Of a stretch of DNA of 64,000 bases, positions 35,361-43,958 are shown in pieces (within the stretch, counting starts at the first letter, position 1; each line of letters starts with the position of its first letter). The notes below the pieces were generated by a model. That model did not search any database, was not told the origin of the DNA, and saw only the letters and a program-made list of their open reading frames with translations. Made by a program: the position numbers and the translations under genes. This DNA is from Anaeromyxobacteraceae bacterium. GTDB taxonomy: Bacteria; Myxococcota; Myxococcia; Myxococcales; Anaeromyxobacteraceae. The stretch spans positions 1,216,001-1,280,000 of the forward strand of contig JASGHJ010000001.1 in NCBI GenBank assembly GCA_047602405.1, read 5' to 3'.

Positions 35361-37970
35361 CTACCGCGCCCAGAAGTACGTCCACTTCACGAGGAACGAG
35401 TCGGTCGTGGGCCCGTGCGCCAGCGCCTGCGGCGCGAGCCGGTGCGGCGAGGCGACCCCGTCGCCCGGCTCGGCCTGCGAGCGCGTGTAGACGAGGAACA
35501 GCGTCGAGCCGGCGCGGTACTCCCAGCGCATCACCACGTTCACGTTGAGCCCGACCTCCCGGAAGTCCGGGTCGTCGATCGCGAACGTCGCGGCGGTCGC
35601 GGCCGGCAGCCGCGTGTAGTCGCCGTAGCCCACCCGCGTGTCGCCGCCGGGCGCGACCCGGAAGTTCCGGTACCGCCCGTAGGACGTGAAGAGCTGCGCG
35701 TAGCCCTGCAACGTGAGCCGCGGGGTGATGACGAGCTGCTGGCGCAGCGTGAGCGAGAAGAGCGGCGCGCGGAGGTCGGCGAAGACGCGCTGGCCGGCGA
35801 AGGGGTTCGCGGGGTCGTTCGCGCCCGCGTCGTCCACGTAGCGGGTGGGCCAGCCGGTGTGCTCGGCGTCGAAGCCGACCCGGGTCTCGACGCGCGGGTG
35901 GGGCCGGAAGCGCACGGTGGCGTTCGCGCCGTAGAACACCGTGGCGTCGAAGCCGTCCCGGGCGCGGCTCCGCCCGCCGCCGGCCTGCAGCACCACGCCG
36001 ACCGGCCGCTCGCTCGAGCTGTTCATGAACACCTGGAACCAGTCGGTGGTCGGCCGGCGCTGCGCGGCGCCGGTTTGCGAGACCTCGCGGACGTCCCAGG
36101 CCTCGACGTCGGAGGCGACCACCATGCCGACCCAGTCGAACGAGCGGAGCTGCACCTCGCCCTCCGCCCAGACCTGGCCCCAGCGGTTGAGGTGCCGGGC
36201 GTCGGTCGTGAACGCGTTCTCGAACCCGACGGTGGCGTCCCACTGCTGGAAGGTGCCCTTGCCCTCCGGCTCGTTCCACAGGAGGTAACCGCGGGTGAAC
36301 TCCTCGTTCTGGGTGCGCTGGTAGCCGGTGGCGTTGAGGTCGAGCTTCGGCGAGGAGTAGACGTGGTGGAGCTCGCCGCCGAGGCCGCGGCCGCCGTTCT
36401 TGCCGGCCGCGACGAAGCCGCCGTACCCGAGGTCGCCGCGGGAGAGCACCACGCCGTCGCCGAGCGTCCGCGACGGCGGGCCGCCCTGCACCTGCGAGCC
36501 GGTGAGCTGGGCCTGCAGGAACCACTCCTTGTCGGCCGTGCGCCACGAGCCGTCGGCCGAGGCGGAGTTGCCGCCGAGCGCGTCGCAGCGCGGCTGCGCG
36601 TCGTCCGCCGCCAGGTCCGAGGCGGAGCAGAGCGGGTCGAGCGGCAGCGCGGAGGCGAGCGAGAGGCCGACGCTCGAGTCGGGCGCGGGCCGCCAGCGGC
36701 CCACCGCCGCGAGGAAGTTGCGCGCCGCGGGCTGCTGCCGGGGCAGGGCGGACCGCGGCCCGACCTGGAGCGGCTGCCGCCACGAGAAGCCGGCGCCGCC
36801 CGCCGGGTGCGCGGGGTCCGACTCGAGCCGGCCCCAGCCCGCGCCGTCCACGATCGTGTCGAGCACGCCGATCTGGAAGTCGTCCCCGAGCTGCCCGGTG
36901 ACCTTCGCCGCCGCCAGGATGGGCGCGTCGAGGCCGACCCGGCGCGAGTAGAAGAGCTGCAGCGGCGAGTTGTGCGTGCCGCCGAGCCGGATGGGCTCGA
37001 AGAGGTCCATGCCCTGCAGGAAGAACGGGCGCTTCTCCGGCAGCTGGAGCTCGAAGTTGGAGAGGTTCTGGAGGATCTCGTCCGCCTCGACCTGGCCGAA
37101 GTCCGGGTTCAGCGTGCCGACGAGCGCCATCGAGCGCCCGAGCGAGGCGCGCAGGTCGAGCCCGAGGTTCATCACCGGGTCGAGGAGGCGCGGCCGCGCG
37201 CGGTCCTGATCCGGGTCGGTCGGCCGCGAGGTCACCCGCCCCGCGACGTACGGCGCGAGCTGCACCTCCGGCACCGGCGCCATGTCCGCGAGGCCGACGA
37301 GCGGCCCGAGCCGCGCGATCTGCCCGCGCGCGCCCGGCGGGATGATGCAGGTGAGGTCCTGCTCGTGGGTGCGCCCGATCTGGCGCTTCACCGCGAAGCC
37401 CCAGGTCTGGACCGGGGCCTCGCTGTAGCGCATCACCGAGAGCGGGATGCGGAACTCGGCCGACCAGCCGTCGGGCCGCTCCACGGTCGCGGCCTCCCAG
37501 ACGGCGTCCCAGGAGGTCGAGGTCTTGTCGCTGTCGAACACGAGCGCGTCGGTGAGCACCCCGCCCGCCGTGGCCTCGAAGTAGTAGCCGAGGCGGCCGT
37601 CGCGCAGCGGGTCGACCACCACCGCGACCATGTCGGAGTACGGGGCGGTGTCGCGCCGGCCGAGCGGCCGCTGGATCTGGTCGGGCTCGCGATCGTGCGC
37701 GACCACGGCCACCCAGAGGTCGCGGTCGTCGTAGAGGACCCGCACCTCGGTGTCTTGCGAGGGACGGGCGCCCTGGGTGGGGAAGGCCTGCACGAACCCG
37801 TCGAAGACGGGCGCGGTCGCCCAGGCCTCCTCGTCGACCTTGCCGTCGAGCACGATGGGGGACGAGCGCTTGGCCGCGGTGATGGGGTCGCCGGCCTGGG
37901 ACGCGCGCGCGACGAGCGGGCCGCAGGCGGCGGCGAGCGCGAGGACCAGGGCGGCGCGGAGGAGCGTCAT
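35361..37970 (-). CDS. CBM9-like + DUF5916 outer-membrane protein
   Basis: LDGKVDEEAW, WSAEFRIP, LNPDFGQVEAD, EKRPFF, FYSRRVG, C-terminal KWTYFW. Confidence 0.85.
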   Translation of the reverse strand: MTLLRAALVLALAAACGPLVARASQAGDPITAAKRSSPIVLDGKVDEEAWATAPVFDGFVQAFPTQGARPSQDTEVRVLYDDRDLWVAVVAHDREPDQIQRPLGRRDTAPYSDMVAVVVDPLRDGRLGYYFEATAGGVLTDALVFDSDKTSTSWDAVWEAATVERPDGWSAEFRIPLSVMRYSEAPVQTWGFAVKRQIGRTHEQDLTCIIPPGARGQIARLGPLVGLADMAPVPEVQLAPYVAGRVTSRPTDPDQDRARPRLLDPVMNLGLDLRASLGRSMALVGTLNPDFGQVEADEILQNLSNFELQLPEKRPFFLQGMDLFEPIRLGGTHNSPLQLFYSRRVGLDAPILAAAKVTGQLGDDFQIGVLDTIVDGAGWGRLESDPAHPAGGAGFSWRQPLQVGPRSALPRQQPAARNFLAAVGRWRPAPDSSVGLSLASALPLDPLCSASDLAADDAQPRCDALGGNSASADGSWRTADKEWFLQAQLTGSQVQGGPPSRTLGDGVVLSRGDLGYGGFVAAGKNGGRGLGGELHHVYSSPKLDLNATGYQRTQNEEFTRGYLLWNEPEGKGTFQQWDATVGFENAFTTDARHLNRWGQVWAEGEVQLRSFDWVGMVVASDVEAWDVREVSQTGAAQRRPTTDWFQVFMNSSSERPVGVVLQAGGGRSRARDGFDATVFYGANATVRFRPHPRVETRVGFDAEHTGWPTRYVDDAGANDPANPFAGQRVFADLRAPLFSLTLRQQLVITPRLTLQGYAQLFTSYGRYRNFRVAPGGDTRVGYGDYTRLPAATAATFAIDDPDFREVGLNVNVVMRWEYRAGSTLFLVYTRSQAEPGDGVASPHRLAPQALAHGPTTDSFLVKWTYFWAR

Positions 37971-38134
37971 GGCGGGCGTCGGACGAACGGGGTTACGCGG
38001 GGCGGGGCGGCCGTATTTCGAACCTGATCCGGAGGGAGACGCCAGGCCACGGTTCGTGACGGCGCGGCGCGGCATCGGTGTATCGCCGGCCGCGGCGCCC
38101 CGCGCAAGTTCGCCGCCGCGGGGGAGCGCCCAGG

Positions 38135-38668
38135 TCAGCTCGGCCCGCGGCGAGGCCAGAGCACCCTCGCTCCGAGGGCCAGCACCGTGGCCGGCAGCCA
38201 GATCCAGAGCGCCTCGGACCGGAGCACGGCGAGCCCGCGCTCGGAGAGGAACCGCCCGAGCCCGATGGGCGAGACCTCGATCACCCGCCAGGGCGCGAAG
38301 AACCGCTCCCCGGAAAGGGGCCAGAGGAGGGCGACGCCGAGGCCGCCATTCGTGATCGCGTCGAGGAGCGGGTGCGAGAGCGTCGCGAGGCCGACGAGCA
38401 GGAACGCGCGGAGGCGGGTGGTGCGGAGCGCCGGCGCCGCCGCGGCGGCGAGCGCGCCCACGAGGAGCGCGAACGCGATCGAGTGGCTCGCGCCGCGATG
38501 GCCGAGGGCGTCGCCGTACGGGATGCCGGCCTTGAACGCGAGGACGTCGGCGTCGGGGAGCATCGAGCCGAGCACGCCCGCCACGAGGAGCCGCGGCGGG
38601 ACGGCGCGCGTCCCCAGCCCGGCGCCGGCCGCGAGCGGGATGGCGGCGTGGGAGAGGATCGTCGGCAC
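38135..38668 (-). CDS. YbcI/DUF457-like membrane metal-dependent hydrolase
   Basis: PDADV, HRGASHS, SHPLLDAITNGG.GV, IEVSPIG. Confidence 0.88.
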   Translation of the reverse strand: MPTILSHAAIPLAAGAGLGTRAVPPRLLVAGVLGSMLPDADVLAFKAGIPYGDALGHRGASHSIAFALLVGALAAAAAPALRTTRLRAFLLVGLATLSHPLLDAITNGGLGVALLWPLSGERFFAPWRVIEVSPIGLGRFLSERGLAVLRSEALWIWLPATVLALGARVLWPRRGPS

Positions 38669-38669
38669 G

Positions 38670-39335
38670 CTACTCCACGAACCCGACCACGAGGTTCATC
38701 GCGAGGGCGATGATCGCGGTGGTGAAGGCGAACGACTGGGCGGCGTGGAACAGCACCGCCCGCCGGAGCTGGCGGCTCGAGATCGCGACGTCGGAGGTCT
38801 GGAAGCACATGCCGATGGTGAAGGCGAAGTAGGCGAAGTCGAGCTGGTCGGGGGGCTCGTTCCCCGGGAAGGCGAGCCCGCCCGGGCCCTCGTCGTCGTC
38901 GCGGTAGAAGAGGTGCGCGTACCGGAGCGCCCACGAGGTGTGGGTGAGGAGCCAGGAGGCGACGACCGCGACGAGGCAGAGCGCGACCCAGAGGGCCGCG
39001 TGCTCCGGGGCGAGGTGGCGGGCGCGGCGCAACACGAGCACCGCGGAGAAGAGGCTCGCCGTGCTCGCCAGGATGGAGACCACCCACACCATGCGGCGTC
39101 CGGGGTCCTCGCCCGCCGCGCGCCGGCGCGTCTGCGCCGCGTCCTCGCGCCAGATGACGGTCCACGCGAGCGTGAGCAGCACGAGCGCGAAGACGTCCCA
39201 CGCCGCCACCGCGCGGAGCGCGAGCCCCTCCCCGCGCACGGTGAGGGCCGTCACGAGGGCCGCGGCGGCCGACACCGCGAGCCGCACGATGGCGCGGCGG
39301 GGAGACCAGCGGGCGGCGGTACGGAGGGTGCTCAC
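38670..39335 (-). CDS. DUF1345 membrane protein
   Basis: ALRYAHLFY, GL.FPG, DFAYFAFTIGMCFQTSDV. Confidence 0.9.
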   Translation of the reverse strand: MSTLRTAARWSPRRAIVRLAVSAAAALVTALTVRGEGLALRAVAAWDVFALVLLTLAWTVIWREDAAQTRRRAAGEDPGRRMVWVVSILASTASLFSAVLVLRRARHLAPEHAALWVALCLVAVVASWLLTHTSWALRYAHLFYRDDDEGPGGLAFPGNEPPDQLDFAYFAFTIGMCFQTSDVAISSRQLRRAVLFHAAQSFAFTTAIIALAMNLVVGFVE

Positions 39336-39454
39336 GGGTGGGGGATTGTAGCCCGTACGTTCCGTCGCTCCAGCCTTCGTCCCCGCGCCAGGCCGTCCGG
39401 TGGTATCCGTGGGGGGCCTTCATTCCAACCTCGACCCTCCGGAGACCGCCCGCC

Positions 39455-39955
39455 ATGCCGACCACCCAGGAGAACCTCGCCACCGCGTTCGCCGGCGAGA
39501 GCCAGGCGAACCGCAAGTACCTCGCCTTCGCGCGCCAGGCCGAGAAGGAGAACCTCCCGCAGATCGCGAAGGTCTTCCGCGCGGCGGCCGAGGCCGAGAC
39601 GATCCACGCGCTCTCGCACCTCGCGAACATGGGCGGCGTGAAGTCGACGCTCGAGAACCTCGAGGCCGCGGTCGCCGGCGAGACCTACGAGTCGAAGGAG
39701 ATGTACCCGCCGATGGCCGCGCAGGCGAAGGCCGAGGGCCACCGCGCGAAGACGATGCTCGAGTGGGCCGGCAAGGCCGAGGCGGTCCACGCGGAGCTGT
39801 TCCAGCAGGCCCTCGCGGCGCTCAAGTCCGGCGCCGACCTCTCGCAGATGGACGTCTACCTCTGCCCGGCCTGCGGCCACCTCGAGTTCGGCAAGCCCCC
39901 CGAGCGCTGCCCGATCTGCAATGCGCCCGCGGCGAAGTTCGTGAAGGTCGCGTAG
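39455..39955 (+). CDS. Rubrerythrin
   Basis: AFAGESQANRKY, EAETIH, GETYE..MYP, EAVH, CPAC...CPIC. Confidence 0.93.
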   Translation: MPTTQENLATAFAGESQANRKYLAFARQAEKENLPQIAKVFRAAAEAETIHALSHLANMGGVKSTLENLEAAVAGETYESKEMYPPMAAQAKAEGHRAKTMLEWAGKAEAVHAELFQQALAALKSGADLSQMDVYLCPACGHLEFGKPPERCPICNAPAAKFVKVA

Positions 39956-39980
39956 GGCCGCGCCGCGCGGCAGGCGGACC

Positions 39981-40442
39981 TCAGGCGTCCGGATCGCCCT
40001 CGAAGTAGTCCGCCTGCTTCGCCTTCTCGAAGATCCACCGCTTCCCGGTCGGCTGCGCCCCGAGCACGAACGCGATCTTGCCGGAGTCGGGGTACTCGAC
40101 CACGTCGTGCCCGAAGGCGGCGGAGAGCCCGAGGTACCGGAACGGCTCCCTGCCCTCGTTGACGAGCTGGTGCGCCGGCCCGCCGGGCGGGAACGACACG
40201 TAGTCGCCGGGGCCGACCTCCGTCGTCGCCTCGGGCGTGCGCACCAGCGCCTTGCCGGAGAGCACGTAGAGCGCCTCCTCGGTGACCTGGTGCGCGTGGA
40301 GCGGGAACGACTTCTTGCCCGGCGCGAGCTCCCAGAGCCCGGCCCTGAGCTTCTCGCCGCCGAGCTCCATCCGACGCTGCGAGTACTTCCCGCGCTGCAG
40401 CGAGTCGGCCCAGTTGCCGGTGCCGGACTTGACGATCTTCAT
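39981..40442 (-). CDS. Cupin domain protein
   Basis: PLHAH..EEALYVLSG, GD...FP.G..AHQLVN, YPDSGK. Confidence 0.88.
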   Translation of the reverse strand: MKIVKSGTGNWADSLQRGKYSQRRMELGGEKLRAGLWELAPGKKSFPLHAHQVTEEALYVLSGKALVRTPEATTEVGPGDYVSFPPGGPAHQLVNEGREPFRYLGLSAAFGHDVVEYPDSGKIAFVLGAQPTGKRWIFEKAKQADYFEGDPDA

Positions 40443-40463
40443 GGTGTCTCCTCGAAGGCGTGA

Positions 40464-40500
40464 CGCCCCTCGTCTCCGCCCGCCTGCGGCGGGCTACGCT
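40464..40500 (-). repeat. 3' part of the REP-like element split by the IS110 insertion
   Basis: Minus strand AG|CGTAG-CCCGCC-GCA-GGCGGG-CGGAGACGAGGGGCG; the 5' part lies at 42055-42068. Confidence 0.85.
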
Positions 40501-40517
40501 GCTTCGAAATGCCGGGG

Positions 40518-41772
40518 TTAGGAGGTGACCGCCTCGGGTGTCTGTGAGGTGACGGTCACGCTATAGCCGAGGCGCTCAAGGCGGCGAACGAGGTTCTTGG
40601 CGACGCGCTTTTCGTCGACCCGGTCGAGGTAGGTGTCCCCGAGGTCCTCGTACGGTACGTGTTTCGTGAGGAATCTCATAGGCGGCGTTGAGGATCTTGT
40701 GGGCGATGGCGAAGGTGGCTCGCTTGTGTCCTCGGCGGGCCTTGAGGCGGAAGTACTTGTCTCGCAGGTAGGTCTTCTTGGTGCGGATGGCTGCGCCGGC
40801 AGCCTCGACCAGGGTCGACCGGAGGTGAACGTTCCCCTTCCGCGAACGCCCGGAGCGCCGCTTCCCGGCCGATTCGTCGTTCCCGGGGCAGACGCCAGCC
40901 CAACTCGCCAGGTGGCGCGGGCCGCCGAAGACGGACATGTCGGGGCCGATCTCAGCGAGAAGTGACGCGCTGGTCTGGACCTTCACGCCCGGAATCGTCG
41001 AAAGCAGCTTGACCTGCTCGCGATAGGGCTCGAGTCGGCGCTCGATCTCCCTCTCTAGCGTGTCGACGTCGCGGTCAGCAGCGTCGAGCCGGTCGAGCTG
41101 TAGCCGCAACATGTACCGGTGGTGGTCGCGGAGCCGGCCGTCGAGGGCGGCCTCGAGCTCGGGGATCTTCTTACGTAGGAGCCCTTCGGCGAGCTTCGCG
41201 AGGTTGCGCGGGTCGGATTCGCCATCGGCCATCGCTCGCAGCATCGCCATGCCAGACTTGCCAAAGACATCCGAGGCAACGCTTGCGAGCTTCACGTTCG
41301 CGGTCTCGAGGACCTTCTGTAGTCGATTGCGCTCGGACGTCCGGGCCTGGACGACCGAGCGTCGGTACCGAACGAGGTCCCGTAGGTCGCGAAGGTAGAG
41401 CGGCGGCACGTAGCTCTTGCGGATCAGCCCCATCCTCACGAGTCGGGCAATCCACTCCGAGTCCTTCACGTCCGTCTTGCGGCCTGGGACGTTCTTCATG
41501 TGCTGCGCGTTGCCAACGACGAGCTCGAGCTCGCCCGCCGACTCCAGCACCGCGTAAACGGGCTTCCAGTAGACGCCCGTGCTCTCCATGGCCACGTGCG
41601 TGACGTGCTCCTCGCGCAGCCACTCCACGAGCGCCAGCAAGTCGCGCGTGAACGTCGAGAACTCCCTCACGCACTTGCGCAGCCTGGAGCCCTCTCCCAG
41701 CAGCACGCAGGCCGTCACTTGCTCCTTGTGAACGTCGAGTCCACAGACCCGATCGACAACGATTCCTTCCAT
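40518..41772 (-). CDS. IS110 family recombinase/transposase, +1 frameshift near 40672
   Basis: DEDD motifs GLDVHK, MESTGVYWKP, KTDVKD; LSTIPGV, SWAGVCPGNDESAGK. The corrected frame ends ...LERLGYSVTVTSQTPEAVTS* (about 417 aa). Confidence 0.93.
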
Positions 41773-41788
41773 GACCACCTCCGGGGAA

Positions 41789-41966
41789 GGAGGCGGTCGC
41801 TGCGCCGCGGGGTAGCTTCTAGGACACTGCTTCACGCCCTTCCCAGGCATGCATCTGCCCAGGTACGGCACACCGTGGTACCCATTCGCAGCGCGGGCCG
41901 GTCTCGGGGACGGGGTTCCTGGCAGGACCGCCGAACGTAGCAACGGCCTTCTGAGCGACCACCTCC
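41789..41966 (-). ncRNA. Putative IS110 bridge RNA (target-binding loop 41896-41948; donor-binding loop about 41821-41883)
   Basis: A 13-bp closing stem encloses two stem-internal loop-stem modules; loop sequences match target (GCTACG, CCCCGAG) and donor (GAAGCAG). Folded by eye; boundaries approximate. Confidence 0.75.
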
Positions 41967-42054
41967 GAGGTCGATCGCTACACCGGGACCGCCCGCGCGC
42001 TCAACCAACGGCAGGCATTTCATGCCCCCCGGTGGACGTGTCCGTCCATGAGGT

Positions 42055-42068
42055 CTCGGGGCGAACGG
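42055..42068 (-). repeat. 5' part of the REP-like element split by the IS110 insertion
   Basis: Minus strand CCGTTCGCCCCG-AG. Confidence 0.8.
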
Positions 42069-42161
42069 ACACCTGGATCGTAAAGGCCGCAGGTTCGTCC
42101 CCACACGACCTCACGGGGTCCCCCGTCCGCCGTCCGAGCCTGCCGGTAGACTGCCCGTGCA

Positions 42162-43958
42162 ATGGCCACGAAGAAGCGGTCCCTCATCGCGCCGCCCGGC
42201 GGCCCGGCCTCCGGCCCGCAGGCGCGCCTCGCGCAGATGCGGATCGTCGCGCAGGACCCGTCGGTGCGCGGGAGGCACGGCGAGATCCTCACGGCCGTGG
42301 TCGACGTGCCGGCGGAGACGCTCGCCGCCGGACCGCGCGGCTACCGCGTCCACGTCATCGACTACGACGCCTCCACCGGCCGGCTCTACCCGCCGGTCGC
42401 CTATGACCGCGAGGCCGGAGGCTGGCGCGCCGATCCCGCCGCCGAGGTGACCGAGGAGGTCGTCCTCCGCGACACGGGCTTCCACGCCCAGAACGTCTAC
42501 GCGATCGTGATGCGGACGCTCGCGCGCTTCGAGTTCGCGCTCGGGCGGCGCATCGGCTGGGGCTTCGACGTCACCGGCCACCAGATCAAGGTGGCCCCCC
42601 ACGCGTTCGCGGACGCGAACGCCTTCTACTCGCGCCGCGACGAGGCGCTCCTCTTCGGCCACTTCCCCACGCGCGACGGGAAGGGCCACGTCTTCAGCTG
42701 CCTCTCCCACGACATCGTCGCCCACGAGACGAGCCACGCCGTGCTCGACGGGCTCCGCAAGCGCTTCATGGACCCGTCCTCGCCGGACCAGGCCGCGTTC
42801 CACGAGGGGTTCGCCGACGTGGTCGCGCTGCTCTCGGTCTTCGCCGTGAAGGAGGTCGTGCGCGTGCTCGTCGACGTGCCCGCCGGCGGGCGGGCCGACG
42901 CGCGCGGGCCGCTGCGCGACGTCTCGGTCGCGGCCCTGCGCCGCTCGGCGCTGTTCGCGCTCGGCAAGCAGTTCGGCCGGGAGATGGGCGCCATCGGCCG
43001 CAGCGCCCTCAGGGCCTCGGCGGACCTCGTCGCGCGGCCCGGGCTGGCGCGGCTGCCCGAGTTCGACGAGCCGCACCGGCGCGGGGAGATCCTCGTGGCC
43101 GCGATCCTGCACGCCTTCCTCGCGGTCTGGTCGCACCGGCTCACCGCCCTCCGCAGGCACGGCCCCGTCGATCGCGACCGCGCGGCCGAGGAGGGCTCGG
43201 ACATCGCCGACGACCTCCTCACCGTCGCCATCCGCGCGCTCGACTACTGCCCGCCGGTCCACCTGCGCTTCGGCCACTTCCTCTCCGCGATGGTCACGGC
43301 CGACCGCGAGGTCCGGCCGCGCGACGCGCGCTACGGCGTGCGCGACGCGCTCGTCGCGGCCTTCGAGGCGTTCGGCATCGGGCACGAGTCGGTGGGCCGC
43401 AGGGGCGAGGCCCGCGTCGACCCGGGCTGGCAGCAGGCCACGAAGCGGTTCGACTACGACCGCACCCGCTTCGAGTCGATGCAGCGCGATCCGGACGAGG
43501 TCTTCCGCTTCGTCTGGGAGAACCGGAGGGAGCTCCGGCTCTTCTCCGGCGCCTACACGCGGGTCCTCTCGGTGCGGCCCTGCGTGCGCGTCGCCCCGGA
43601 GGATGGCTTCACGCTCAGGGAGACGGTGGCCGAGGTCTTCCAGCAGCTCTCGATGCTCGCCGGCGAGCTCGGGGCGCACGGCATCGAGAAGCCCGAGGGC
43701 ATGCCGGACGACACGGCCATCATGCTGCTCGGCGGCGTGACGCTGGTCTTCGACGAGTACGGCCACGTGAAGTACACGATCGGCGACTCGGTCCACGACC
43801 CGTCGCGCCCCAACGTGCAGGCGCGGCAGAGCGAGCGCCTGAAGAGCCTCTGGGACCACGGCTTCTTCCGGAGGACCGCGGCGGCGGAGCGGCGCTTCTC
43901 GGCGGTCCACCGGGCGCGCAGCCTCGACCCGGTCACGCAGGCGAAGGAGGCGTGGTGA
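42162..43958 (+). CDS. Gluzincin (M4/M36-like) metallopeptidase, no signal peptide
   Basis: NAFYS, DIVAHETSH (HExxH), AFHEGFAD third-ligand motif. Confidence 0.8.
   Translation: MATKKRSLIAPPGGPASGPQARLAQMRIVAQDPSVRGRHGEILTAVVDVPAETLAAGPRGYRVHVIDYDASTGRLYPPVAYDREAGGWRADPAAEVTEEVVLRDTGFHAQNVYAIVMRTLARFEFALGRRIGWGFDVTGHQIKVAPHAFADANAFYSRRDEALLFGHFPTRDGKGHVFSCLSHDIVAHETSHAVLDGLRKRFMDPSSPDQAAFHEGFADVVALLSVFAVKEVVRVLVDVPAGGRADARGPLRDVSVAALRRSALFALGKQFGREMGAIGRSALRASADLVARPGLARLPEFDEPHRRGEILVAAILHAFLAVWSHRLTALRRHGPVDRDRAAEEGSDIADDLLTVAIRALDYCPPVHLRFGHFLSAMVTADREVRPRDARYGVRDALVAAFEAFGIGHESVGRRGEARVDPGWQQATKRFDYDRTRFESMQRDPDEVFRFVWENRRELRLFSGAYTRVLSVRPCVRVAPEDGFTLRETVAEVFQQLSMLAGELGAHGIEKPEGMPDDTAIMLLGGVTLVFDEYGHVKYTIGDSVHDPSRPNVQARQSERLKSLWDHGFFRRTAAAERRFSAVHRARSLDPVTQAKEAW

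Larger units (their letters stand above)
40499..42056 (-). mobile_element. IS110-family element bounded by CT cores (40499-40500 and 42055-42056)
   Basis: Joining the flanks at the CT core regenerates an intact REP-like copy; no TSD beyond the 2-nt core; visibly more A/T than the surrounding DNA. Confidence 0.9.
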
